A stretch of 64,000 bases of DNA from positions 186,001-250,000 of the forward strand of contig JAPEUD010000026.1 of the NCBI GenBank assembly GCA_026026165.1. Reading direction: 5' to 3'. The stretch is from Sarea resinae. Taxonomy: Eukaryota. The notes below the pieces were generated by a model. The model was given only the letters and a program-made list of their open reading frames with translations, did no database searches and had not been told where the DNA came from. The position numbers and the translations under genes were made by a program. Positions 52,043 through 64,000 of this stretch are shown one piece after another (position 1 is the stretch's first letter; each line of letters starts with the position of its first letter).

Positions 52043-53195
52043 GTGATTCTCCGTCTCGTCGCCTTGACTCATGGGGCGGATTCGTCGCTGGGCTGTCTTC
52101 TTCCTCGGTTGTACTTTATATTTTTCTCACCTTTCTCCTGGGCGAATAAAAGCGCATGGTTGAGTTCATGTTTGGTGGGGGGAGGGGGGATTTATCGATC
52201 CATTCCAACACTTCAAAGCCCTTACCTATGAACGGCACGGCAAGGCAAGGGCAAACAAGATGTCCATCCGGCGCCTCTACTCTAGATGATGATCATAGCT
52301 GTTGTACTCGGTAGACCACTTCGCTGGATGACGGGCCGGGGGGCCCAAGGATTCATGATTCGCACGTGGCACATGTGGATGCCGCCGCCTTGTACGAGGT
52401 ACGAAGTACTTGGTCCTGGTACTTTGCACCGGTTCCTGACATGTCCAGCTCTTCCTGTCAAGCAGTGACACGGCGCGTTTGGTGTAAGCGCTTTCGATCA
52501 GGAAGACGATAGGGACTGTGTAGCTTTGAGAAGCCGAATGCTGTCGACGGAGTCTTTGGAGTATCCATAAGACATTCAATACTCTTGCTGACCCATCGCG
52601 CAAAGGAGGCAACAGTACTGGGTAAGGACATCAACAATCAAGATCTCGCCGATACGCTCCACCGGGATGATCTGACTCGAGCCGAAGAAGAAAGAACACC
52701 TACATCATCTCCGTTCCTGGCCAAGGGCCTTTTCAGCACGTCGTAGCTTCGTACATCCATCCTCCTGGCTCTTCCAGCTTCAACCCAATTCATTCGATCC
52801 CCTTCTTCGTCTTCCTCTATCCCTCATATCGTTGCCATTATAAATCATCTCGGTGATGCACTGCATTTGGTGGTGAGCGGTGCATGTGCTGTGCTTGCTG
52901 TTCCAAACTATTCCTCCACGGTTGCCTCTGAGGCCACGTCCACTCACGCCACGCATACTTTCCGCAAAGTGTCCTCAATCTTCACAGCCACGAATCGCCT
53001 CGCCTTTGATTGTGGCCACCACCGAATAGCCACCGTGTCCTATCAGATTTCCGAGCAGATAATACCCGTTGCTCGCCATCCAGACGCACGCCTCTTCTTG
53101 CCTGTTGGCATAATTCGTCACGGATCGACCTTCGCTCTGAACCATTTTGGCTCCGATCAACCTCCACGCTCACCTCATACAGCGCATGTGCAGCC

Positions 53196-55078
53196 ATGAG
53201 GAGCGCATCCCAAGTCTTCTATCTGGCAGTCTTCGCACTGCTCGGCTATACACATGCCGATGCCAATGGCGCAACCAGCTCCAAAGGGGCGGCCGCAGGC
53301 GCGAATACTTGTGCGGTAAGAATTACGGACCAGATCAATTATCTGAACATTGCTAAATTATTCGTAGCTCAATCCGAAGGAGATAATATCGGACGCTTGC
53401 GCTTCCTATAGCACGCTCGATGACCTCAATACCGCATTAAAGCCTTCCGTCAAGGCAATCACCCAGACGACCGACTTCTTCTCATACTACCGTCTCAACC
53501 TGTATAGCCGCGCATGCCCGTTTTGGTCCGACGATGACGCCATGTGTGGCAGCTTTGCATGCGCAGTCGTCACTATTGATAACGAGGAGGATATCCCGCT
53601 AGTCTGGCGGGCAGAAGAACTATCGAAGCTGGAGGGGCCGAAGGCAGTCCATCCCGGGAGGAGGCAACAGGAAGAGAGGAAAAACCGGCCTCTACAGGGA
53701 GAGCTGGGTGAGGACGTCGGAGAAAGCTGTGTGGTGGAATACGACGACGAGTGCGATGAGCGGGATTACTGCGTCCTCGACGATGAAAGTACAAGCGGCA
53801 AGGGTGACTATGTCAGCCTGCAGGATAATCCAGAGAGATTTACAGGATATGCTGGGCCCAGTGCCAACCAGCTCTGGAGCGCGATCTATCGAGAGAACTG
53901 CTTCTACAAAGATCCAGCGAAAGGTTCCGTGGACGAGACGACCGATTTCAGTCCCTTCCAAGGGCAGCCTCTCTTTCAGGCCAGCAACGATCTGCGCTCT
54001 GTCATGAAAGAGCATGGCCGTCAACAGGCCCTTACAGCGCAAGACCGCGCCAATATGAACGATGGCCTTGAGTTCGATGATGAGTGTCTGGAGAAGCGTG
54101 TCTTCTATCGGGTCATCAGCGGTATGCATGCTTCCATTTCCAGTCACCTCTGCTGGGAGCATCTCAACCAGTCGACTGGGGAGTGGGGGCCGAATTTGAA
54201 ATGCTACGAAGAGAGACTGCACAAGCACCCCGAGCGTCTGACGAATCTGTATTTCAACTACGCCATGGTCTTGAGAGCCATCGAGAAACTGAGGCCAACT
54301 TTGAGAGAATATACCTTTTGTTCCGGTGATCCTACCCAGGACCGGGAAACGAAGCAGAAAGTATTGCGCTTAGCGGACAAGGTCGCGTCGGCGCCCAAGA
54401 TCTTCGACGAGGGACTCATGTTCCAGGATTCAAGCGTCGGGACTCTGAAAGAGGACTTTCGAAATAAGTTCCGCAACGTCAGCCGATTGATGGATTGCGT
54501 AGGCTGCGATAAATGCCGCCTGTGGGGCAAGGTCCAGACAAATGGCTACGGCACCGCTCTCAAGGTCCTCTTCGAATTTGATGAGCAGCACCCAGAGAAT
54601 AACCCGCCATTGCGACGAACGGAACTAGTAGCCTTGATGAACACGCTCGATCGCATCTCTCACAGTATTAGTTCCGTTGGTGTCTTCCGCCAGATGATCG
54701 CCGCGCGCGATGCGGGCCACCCAATGACGGACGCGGAGAAGAAACAGCTTGCTGAAGAAGCGGACCGTGCTGTCACGGACGCATACGATGACGAGGATTA
54801 CGAAGAACCCTTGCCCGAGGAGTCATTCAAGGAGCTCTTTGTCGACGAGTGGTACCGTATCTGGCGTACTGCTGCCTTTGTAATCACCAGCTGGATCAAA
54901 TTTCCTGGAACGGCGTAAGTGGCATCATTCCTTGTCGATGTCCGATACTAACACAGATTGCTTCTTTAGGTTCGGTATCCTCCTGAATGAGTTGCAGAGG
55001 CTCTGGGATTTCTGGCTCGGTCTGCCCGTTCGGCCACGCACGTGGGAGCTCCACTTTCCGACCCATGACGAGATCTGA
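53196..55078 (+). CDS. ERO1: ER oxidoreductin Ero1 (exons 53196-53315, 53368-54914, 54970-55078), ending HDEI
   Basis: Signal peptide; DFFSYYRLNL..CPFW...CGSFAC; NPERFTGY; IYRENCF; CLEKRVFYRVISGMHASIS; MDCVGCDKCRLWGKVQ. Confidence 0.96.
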
Positions 55079-55660
55079 AGCTGGCGATCAGCATGTTTGC
55101 TGTTTTCGGCCTCTGAATATGTATAATTAACCTTTTGTATGGACCCTTGGATTCGTCATGTCTCCTCGGCTTCCATCTCACCTTTTTTTGGCATAGCTTT
55201 GGCGTTGCGGGTCTGGTGGTGCTTTCGCTTGAACCGTCGACTTGCTCTGCCGTGGCCGGGCGTGTTCGTTGAATGGCCAGGCAGACAGACAGTCGATGAG
55301 AAAAGAGGGGGAAGCGCCGGGTCGGGGAGGGGGGAAAGAGATGGGATAACGGGGATAGCTTGATCGCGTTTGTCATTGTATACATTACCTAGGTCCCTGA
55401 GGCGGATTAGACGTTCCACCCAGGAAGAAGGACACAGTACGCTCGGGGCAATATATAGTCGATAGAGTAGAGTTGATAAAATGTACACCAGGTATTAATC
55501 TATGCTTCTTGAGTGCAAAGAAGTGAAAGTGATTTTATCAAGTGACGGATAGTAAGAATGATTACTACTATAGATAGAGAGCTAGCAAGGGGGTGGGCGG
55601 CACGAGTATTATCACATATCACTGGAGTTGTGGGGGCGCATCACGTATAGTATCACGATC

Positions 55661-55709
<49 letters not shown>
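55661..55709. repeat. (TGT)n trinucleotide microsatellite, about 16 units
   Basis: Direct reading. Confidence 0.95.
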
Positions 55710-55851
55710 CTTGTTGCGCTCGGCACGTTATAGCTCGCCATTGCGCCTCTGTCGGTTTTGCCAATAGATCCATCCATCCCCGACATCCAAATCCGTGGCA
55801 TTGGCCAATTTCGAGCCGCCGCCAGCCCCCCCACCCACCCGAGCGAGCGAC

Positions 55852-56469
55852 ATGCCTTCCACGAGACCCGTGTTTCCCAAGTCTCCTCTTCCCATCCGGA
55901 CTGCTCGTCTCCTGCTGCGGCGGTTCTCGCCGTCCGACGTCAAGGCTTTCCACGCCCTGCGTACGGAGCCGGCGATCTACAGGAATTTCCAGTCGAGGTC
56001 GCCCGATGCCACGGAGCGAGACACCGAGGCGTGGATGAGCCGGTTCATGTTCATGCCGCCGGGGAGTGGCGATACCCACGGCTTTGCTGTCGAAGAGCAG
56101 GGCAATGATGGTGTCGTGATTGGATTCATGGGGGTGCACCAGTATCCGCTCATGGGCTACGTCTTCCAGCGCGAGAGCTGGGGCAAGGGGTATGCCACCG
56201 AGGCCTTGAGGGGCTGGCTGGACGCGTACTGGCAGCTCGATGAGAGGCAGAGACAGCAGTCGGGGCAAGAGGGAGATGGGGGGGAGGAAGAAGATTACGT
56301 GGAGGCGCGGACGCTGGTGGATAATGTTGCCAGTCAAAAGGTGCTTGGGAAGGCTGGGTTCGTGAGGACTGGGCGGTGCGTTGACGACGTGGGACGCGAG
56401 CTGATTGTGTTCCGCATGACGAGGTCGGAAGGTCTTTGTTTGTATCCTTGGGCCAGTCCACCTTCCTAG
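55852..56469 (+). CDS. GNAT N-acetyltransferase, RimJ/RimL (Acetyltransf_3) type; intronless
   Basis: IRTARLLLRRF, VIGFMG, MGYVF..WGKGYATEAL, NVASQKVLGKAGF. Confidence 0.88.
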   Translation: MPSTRPVFPKSPLPIRTARLLLRRFSPSDVKAFHALRTEPAIYRNFQSRSPDATERDTEAWMSRFMFMPPGSGDTHGFAVEEQGNDGVVIGFMGVHQYPLMGYVFQRESWGKGYATEALRGWLDAYWQLDERQRQQSGQEGDGGEEEDYVEARTLVDNVASQKVLGKAGFVRTGRCVDDVGRELIVFRMTRSEGLCLYPWASPPS

Positions 56470-57992
56470 GTAGACGGTCCTTCTCAAGTGATCTCGAGGA
56501 TCGTTCGTTGGGTAATACAGTACCATTCGAAGTCTGTCATGCTTGCGTACGCAGGGCGGAAACCAGGCTGCTTTGGGTTTGAAATCATAGAGGTCATAGA
56601 GGCTCTGATGGATTCGTGGCTGCGGCCCGCACCACCTCACCTCTCTTCCACGGCTGATCGTCCCCCGCATTTTGCAGTCGTCGCTCAGCAAGTTCAGGTA
56701 CAGAGCGGATGAAAGGGCAGGGTTTGTATCTCTCAATCGACTATTGACCAGACGTCGGGGAACTGTGTGGCATGAACATTCACGGCTTCAAAGCTGATTG
56801 AGGTATGAGAGCAAAGCCATCATCCTGGCATGGTCCGATACGCCTGGCAACACTCTCTCTTGGCGATGGTAATGACTGGACGCTCCAGTTGATGGAAAAT
56901 CTCCCTTCCGCGCAGGCCATCATCGTATTGTGCCCTGGTCGGGTCATGGATGTTGTCAGAGCCGTCGCCGGGTACATCTACCGGGAGTACATCGGGAGCA
57001 GCTGTCACCCCGGATTTGGTCTACGGGCCGCCGATATGTGTAGACCCTGGGAGCGTCGATCGTGCGGTGGCACGAGGTGGGCGAGATGTTGAGGTGTCTA
57101 CTCTACAGGCCAGAGAAGCGCCACTCTCCCATGTGTTTCTTGCCGGAGAAGCAGCAGGAGCGCGAGGTGCGAGGTGCGAGGTGCGAGGGGCGAGGGGCTG
57201 GCAACGGCCGGGTCGGACTGAGATCGAAGAATGGAAGGCATCGAAACAGAAAGCGTGACTTGGTATCGGCCCACGTTGACTACAGGTCGTGGATAAATCC
57301 ATTACGGAGTCGTCCATTTTGCCGTCAGCAAGCTCACAGTACTCAGTAGTAGAAGAAGGTAAGGTACGGGAGTTTCATCTGCTTCGTATACACACGGTAG
57401 ATTGCCGGACCTACTACTATGTATGTAGTTCCTGTGCACCATTCATGATCGGGCCAGTGAGGGAAACGAGTGAAACGTCTCTCTCGGGTCAGTGCACGGG
57501 CACGACGGCGACGGCGAGAAGCACGAAAATGTCAAGCACCAAAGGAAACCCAATGTCTTCCGCCAGACGAAGAGATTACGTTTTCCTGTGTTGAGTCGCA
57601 ATATCGTAGTTTTCTCGGCCGATTTCGAGATCCTGTAATGTGTGTGCCAATCTGGGAGCGAGACGAAACACCAAGAAGCCAGCCGGCGCGGACCAGACAG
57701 CAATCGAAGGACAAGTACTCCGAGGGCGTGTTTCATCACATTGCAGCTTTTGCTACCCATGTCCTTCCGGAGCTTCATTCAATTTCAGTGTGCTCTCCGG
57801 TCAACATGATTTTCCATCCGTCTTGGAGCCTACGCAGCTCATTCAGTCTTGATGCGCTGCATGCCTCTCGATGCGATACGGGAGGAACTATATAATGGGA
57901 TTCCTCTCCCATGATTTCCATCTCTCGATGTGCTCTCGACGTCTTTCATCTCTACTACACTCTTTGATCAATTTGCCTTTCTCTCGGTGAAA

Positions 57993-59235
57993 ATGCTTGT
58001 TCTTTCGTTCTTGTTGGCACTTCTTCCATGTGCGTTGGCCGGGAGCCGAACCACAGCTCCCAGTGGAGCGCTTGTTGTTTCCAAGTCACCCTCAAGTGGC
58101 CAGTATTCCACTGTAGGTCATCTAAAACTGTGTCTTCTGCAATGTCGCTGATGATGCCAAGTTCCAAGCAGCTGTCGATGCACTCAGCACAACGTCCACC
58201 GACGCGCAGTCCATCTTCATCGAGTCTGGGACCTACGATGAACAGGTCTATATTCCTGCCCGAAGTGCTGCGTTGACCGTCTACGGCTATACCACGGCAG
58301 ACGGCTCGTACGCAGCCAACACGGTTACCATTACCCACAGCGCCAGTCTTGCAACCTCGTCAGATGATGACGCGACAGGTCAGCGTTTGAGTGGCCAGCT
58401 TTGGCACTCTCACTAATTGAAGCAGCGACTGTCCGAAACTGGGCCAAAAATACCAAGTTCTACAACATCAATATCGAAAATACGTACGTACGGGTTTCGT
58501 CTTGAAAACCATCCATCACTGACAATCGATCCTAGATTCGGTCAAGCAGACTCCGATGGCCAAGCCTTGGCCATAAGTGCAAGCGCTGCCAATCAAGGTT
58601 ACTATGGCTGCGGGTTCAGCAGTTTCCAGGGTATGCCATCAAACACTGCCTCTGCTAAGCCTTGGCCTAACATGATAGGCAGACACCGTGCTTGCTGAAA
58701 CCGGTGCGCAAGTTTATGGGCAGTGTGAAATTGTTGGTGCTGTCGACTTTATCTTTGGACAGTCAGCTCAGGTGAGTCCAGAATTCTTACTCAGATAGAA
58801 GCTAACAGCTGTCAGGCATGGTTTGATAAATGTGATATCCGCGTCCTTGCCACATCTTTTGGAACTGTTACCGCTTCGGGCCGGGACTCTTCCTCCAGCT
58901 CTTCTTGGTACGTGATCAACAACAGTACTATCGCCGCGAAGTCCGGTGAAACTGTTACCGACGGAGCGTATTACCTGGGACGACCTTGGGAGCCATACGC
59001 CAGAGTTGTAGTTCAAGACACGGATATGACCGACGTTATCAACAGTGCTGGATGGACGGAATGGTCATCCAGTGTCTCTACAGCGAATGTGATCTTCGAA
59101 GAGTATGGCAACTCAGGAAGTGGTGCAAGTGGAACACGCGTCTCATTTGCGAAGAAAATCTCCTCGGCAGTCAGCATTGAGACAGTCTTGGGGAGCAGCT
59201 ATTCGAGCTGGGTCGATGAGAGTTACATCTCTTGA
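57993..59235 (+). CDS. Secreted pectin methylesterase (CE8), 6 exons
   Basis: Signal peptide; YST|FQAAVDAL, IFIESGTYDEQV, QALAIS, FQ|DT, GAVDFIFG, YLGRPW, EEYGNSGSGA. Introns start at 58113, 58379, 58484, 58631 and about 58772. Confidence 0.93.
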
Positions 59236-60240
59236 TCCTCTATCGATTGGCTGTCTTGATTGGGAGGGACCTAAAGACTCTGCCGTATCCAAGTACCGTC
59301 CCTGCAGAGACGCAGTCTGGCAAGCTTGTTGCTGCTCCTGATAGAACAAAGCCTTCTGCACCACAAACATCGTTATTATGACTGGGATCAATTCTACGTT
59401 TGATCAGATTCTGAGCCCGTCCTTGGCTGCCGTATCTTGGAACAGGGCCTATCCTGGAGGGTTTCGATGTCTGTAAATGTGGTCAAATACTCTTGCCATT
59501 GTCAAGTAACGAAAAAGCGGCCGGGGATGTTGAATTGCCCTTATTGTCATAGAATGTGTACGAAACATCTTCACCGTGAATGCCCAGTGGAACCCTGAAA
59601 ACATAATAAAACGTCTGATTACTGTATGTGCAAGCAAGGTAGTCCTTATTACAGATGAGACAACCTCAGTCCAGAAAGCGCAGACGATCGTAGCATAGAC
59701 TGGCGGGTAAAGGGTCTGGGCAATATCTTTCTCATGATCGATCCATCAATTGCTTACTGAGCGAATCGAAACATGCTCAGGGGCGGCAAACGATCTAGAC
59801 TTGCGCCCCGACTGATCTTCGAGTCTCGCCGGTTTAGAAGAGAGGTGGGGCGAGAGGGGGTGGATTAGTCATCTCGTAGGCGGCTATATTGGATGAAGGT
59901 GTGACGGCTCTTAGAGCGGCACGTCATGGGCCAGACTCGACAATGGCCCGGAGCATGACTGAGGTGCGGATGCTAGGAGGTAGGTATGTATTGGAATTAC
60001 GCAGTAAGGTCAACGTCATAAATAATGCCAGGCACTTCCCTCCCCTCCTGTGTTCTCCCATCCGCCCGTCATTGAATTTCTTACTATCCATTGAACGACC
60101 GAACAAACGGACGGACGCAATCCCGAAAAAAAGAAGCTCCTTTATTTATCGACAAAAGTGCGTGCAATTGGAGAAACAAAACAAGTGAAGAAAGGCTAAT
60201 CTGGGGATTGTTGGAGACTTCGAATTAGAAAAGAATCATC

Positions 60241-61407
60241 ATGGCTTTGGCACCAAAGTTTGCGGGACAGAAGTTTGTGGCTGGCGTCGAGCCGAAGACG
60301 GTGCATACGCTTGAGCTCTGTAGGTGTTGTTTTCTTTTTTCTGGTGGAGGGGGTGCTAGGGGTGGTTTCGTTGGTGGTTCGACGCTGTTGTTGTTGTTGT
60401 TATTCTAGTGTAAAGGGAGTGAGGATGGGGATGAGGTTGATGCGAGGTACCGAGATGGTCGAAGAAGGGGAGAATTGGTCGAGACAGAGAGAGAGAATTC
60501 AAGGAGAGCCCAGCTAACATGTCATGCTCACAGATCTCGACTACGTCTGCCCCGTAAGTGGCCCTTCTTTCAACCTCTCCTTTACCATCCCTCCTACACT
60601 CTCCCATCCAGCCAACCAAAACTAACCCAGCCCCAACCCAGTTCTCCGCCAAGCTCTTCAACCGCGTGCACGCCTCGGTGCTGCCGCTGCTGCGCACGAC
60701 CTACAAGAACAAAGTCGCCATCATCTTCCGGCAGCAGATCCAGCCATGGCACCCGTCGTCGACGCTGGTGCACGAAGCCGGCGCCGCCGTGCTGCGGCTG
60801 GCACCGGACCGCTTCTGGGACTTTAGCGCCGCGCTGTTTGCGCGCCAGAGCGAGTTCTTCGACGTCAGCGTCGTGCGCGAGTCGCGCAACCAGACGTATG
60901 CGCGCCTGGCCAAGATCGCGGCCGAGTCGGCTGGCGTTGAGGAGGAGGCGTTCTTGAAGCTGTTGACTATTTCCGAGCAGCCCGGCAAGGACGGCGCGCT
61001 GAATTCGGGCAATGCCGTCACGCCTGATATCATGTTTTTGGTCAAGGTATGTGGTCACGAAGGACTTCTTTTGGTTTTTGTCTTTCTTATACACACTTGC
61101 CTTCTAACCATTACCATCAACATTATCATCATCATTACCATCGTCACCACTACCACTGACATCGCAATCATCACCCCTCTATCCTTCCATCCCATTTCCC
61201 CACCCCCCCCCCAAACCCTCCAGCCCAACTCCACAAACAAAACAAGCCCACACACTAACACCACCCTCCCTTTCCCCCTAGGCCAACCGTCTAACCGGCG
61301 TCCACGTGACCCCGACCGTGCTCTTCAACGGCGTGGTCGAGAACTCCATCTCCAGCGGCTGGACGGCCGAGCAGTGGGAGGAATGGCTGCAGAAGAACAT
61401 TGTCTAG
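60241..61407 (+). CDS. Thioredoxin/DsbA-fold protein with monothiol CPFS motif (exons 60241-60319, 60534-60553, 60642-61046, 61282-61407)
   Basis: HTLEL|YLDYVCP|FSAKLF; IFRQQIQPWHPSS; NSGNAVT; GVHVTPTVLFNG (cis-Pro loop). Confidence 0.85.
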
Positions 61408-61479
61408 GCGGGCTTTGTTCCGGGTGTTTTCTGCCGGCCTCGATCGAGAGAGAAGGGGAGGATGAAAGAGAGAGCGACC

Positions 61480-62470
61480 GGTCTAGTATATCCACATCTA
61501 GCTAGCTAGCTAGCCAGCCGAATGACAATCAATTCACAATCCACAATCTGCAATCCAACCGTCCCCGAAGCCGAAGCCGAAGCCGAAGCCGAAACTGGAA
61601 CCAAAGCCGAAGCCGGAAGCCAAAACCGAACCCGAAGCTAACGCACTTATCGACCTCCTTTATTTTCGGGTCTGTTCTGTTCTGTGCTGTGCCATTCAGG
61701 TTCGGGTTCAGGTTCAGGTTTATACAATGCAATAGGGCATTAGTACGGCAATAAACAACAACACGACACGATATAATCGTCTATCTACGATCTATCTCTC
61801 TGTCCATCTATCTATCTATCTATCTATCTATCTCTCTGTCTATATAGAAAAAGCAGATAGCTAGCTAGATGGGTAGGTAGGTAGGTAAGTAGATAAGTAG
61901 GTAGGTAGATAAATAGCGCCTTTCTTAAGGACCTACTTGCTTACTTACTTGCTTGCTTGCTTGCTTGCGAATTAGATTTATCTATATATTGTATTGTGTT
62001 ATGTTCTAATAGAGAGAAGGAGAGAAGAGAGAGTAAAGGAGGTGAAAGAAGTAAGAGAGGTAAAGGAGGTAAGAGAAGTACGTGGGTTGATAGGGCGTTA
62101 GGTAGAGAATACCTTGAATGTCATGTTCCTATATAGTATAGTGTAGTATAGTGTAGTATAGATAGGCGTGGTGGATAGGCGTAGAGGATATGTGTAGTAT
62201 GTATGTATATATATATGTATGTACGTATTATGTATGCATAGGCTTGGATTAATCAAGAGAGACATCAATCTACTAATCAACATTTCAAATGGGGACATCG
62301 AGATCGAGAGATCGAGAGAGATCGAGCAGCAGAGAGATGTACATATAGAGATAGTTCAGGAGCGAGAAAATAGTAAATACTACCAACACTATAGAGATAC
62401 ATCTATCTCGATATATAATTGTATTATCTCCCCCCGCCTCCTTTTTTTTTTTTGCCCACCCCCCAAGAAG
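61480..62470. repeat. AT-rich microsatellite spacer ((GCCGAA)n, (TCTA)n, (GGTA)n, (GCTT)n, (TA)n) between convergent genes
   Basis: Direct reading. Confidence 0.8.
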
Positions 62471-62727
62471 AAGTGCCTTTTTGATAGATACTCGAGAAGT
62501 CTATTTCCCCCTCCCACCCCGTACTTTGTCCCCGGGCGCCACGGTCCCAAACCCCGATTTCCCCGCCCCAACCCCCCGGGTCCGTCCAGATATTCCAAAC
62601 CAAGAGAAAGAAAAAAGAAGAGAAAAAATGGGAAACGATGGTCCGTCTCAGCATATTGTCTGCTTGCTTGCTTGCTTTTTGCTTGCTCGCTCGCTCGCTC
62701 GCTTGCTGGCCCGCACGCCAACTAGCT

Positions 62728-63952
62728 TTACCAGTGCGCGCCGCGGCGACGACGTTGACCGGCGAGATGCCTCTTCTTGCCGCCGACGATGCCACCCGCC
62801 GAGGTACCGTGGTTGGGCAGATTGAGCGAGGGGGCATCGGTGACGGTCTGGTTGCCGGAGCCGGACTTGACGCGCGAGATGACCTTGCCGTTCTCGTCGG
62901 CGGACGAGTCCGTGTAGACCTTGAGCGAGTTGATGGTCCAGTAGGCGTCGGCAAAGGCGGACGGGTTCTGGCCGACGTAGTCGGTGCACGTGTCGGCGAG
63001 CGAGGCGCACGAGCCCGTCCACGAGTTGCCCGCCCAGTCGCCGCAGAAGGTCGTGTCGAAGACGATCTGGAGGTCTTTAAAGGACGAGTCGATGGTGCAG
63101 TCGCCCTGGAACTGGGCGACCGGTTCACCCCAGCCGGACGGGTCGGGCGACGACCCGGACACGTCGCTGGGCGCCGAGCCGCGCGTCCAGAACCACACGT
63201 TGATGTCGCTCGACGTCCACTCCATGGCGTAGACGCCGCCGTTGGCCGAGTTGAAGGCCGAGCCGTAGCTGCTCGTGCGCGAGTCCTGGATCTGGCACCC
63301 GTCGTTGCTGCTGCCAGAGCTGTCGCAGTCCGAGAAGATGATCGAGCCCGTGAAGTCGCCGTCGTTGGTGATGGAGCAGCCCGCGCCCGTGTGCAGCGTC
63401 ATGTCGTTTTCCGTTTGGTCGTTGACGCCCTCGACGATGTCGATTTCGCCGTCGTTGGGCCAGTTGGGTCCGACCATCCAGCTAAAGAAAATTAGAGACG
63501 AAATCCACATAGGATGAGATCTAAGCGTACAAGGCGGGCCAGGTACCGCAGATGCCGCCAGGCATGTGGGCGGCATCCAGCACCACGAGGGCGTGGTTGT
63601 AGACCGTGTTGCTGGTGATGCGGACCGAAGGACGGCCGCTGGTCTGGACATTGGTGTGGTCGACGCCCATGGTGACGGTGTCGCTGGTGGTCGAGATCAA
63701 GCCATCGCTCTGGGCAGTGGATTGGTCCACGTAGGTGACGAACCCGTGCGTGGGATCCGAATCCTTTGGAGGCTGTCAGTACGGACCGTCTCGAATGTGC
63801 CGAAAGGAGGCACTCACAGTGAAGAAGGTAAACTGGCTGAAAAAGGTCGACGGATCCGAGTAGTCATCTGCGATGGAATACTGGGCAAGACCCAGCTTGG
63901 CAAGGCCTAAGCCGAGAAGAACGGTCTTCGAAGCTGTCTTGAAGAAGGGCAT
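62728..63952 (-). CDS. Secreted GH16 endo-1,3(4)-beta-glucanase (3 exons)
   Basis: Signal peptide MPFFKTASKTVLLGLGL; DPTHGFVTYVD, GRPSVRI, ICGTWPAF|WMVGPNWPNDGEIDIVEG (ExDxxE catalytic motif), GGVYAMEW, DTTFCGDWAG. Confidence 0.92.
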
Positions 63953-64000
63953 CTTGCGGTGGAGAAGATATTGATTATCTTCGAAGACAATAGTGTATAT

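Noticed and set aside
62424..63495. 285-aa (+) and 234-aa (-) ORFs
   Set aside because: Shadow or alternative frames of the high-GC3 GH16 CDS.

Overview
Gene-dense eukaryotic DNA from a filamentous ascomycete (Pezizomycotina-type short GT-AG introns with CTRAC/CTAAY branch sites). I can support 20 protein-coding genes, 18 of them spliced. Spliceosome: PRP16, NTR2, SmG (missed by the ORF track), SNU114. Ribosome biogenesis: PWP1, RRN3, KRE33/NAT10. Others: a Zn2Cys6 transcription factor, CIA2/MIP18, a TPT-family nucleotide-sugar transporter, a DUF3844 protein, a GT90/CAP10-like glycosyltransferase, an LtrA-like membrane protein, ERG10, ERO1, a GNAT acetyltransferase, a CE8 pectin methylesterase, a CPFS thioredoxin/DsbA-fold protein, a GH16 glucanase and two conserved hypothetical proteins. 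I found no tRNA, rRNA, CRISPR array or intact mobile element by eye, and no clearly novel multi-gene system. The most interesting signals are architectural: a recurrent non-coding TACGGAGTA/TACTCCGGAGTA motif family in 5' regions; sense-strand poly-C tracts in terminal introns; 5'->3' GC gradients towards microsatellite-rich convergent spacers, two of which look RIP-mutated; a long, probably spliced leader on the TF; and local clustering of spliceosome genes. All family assignments are from recognised motifs, not database searches.
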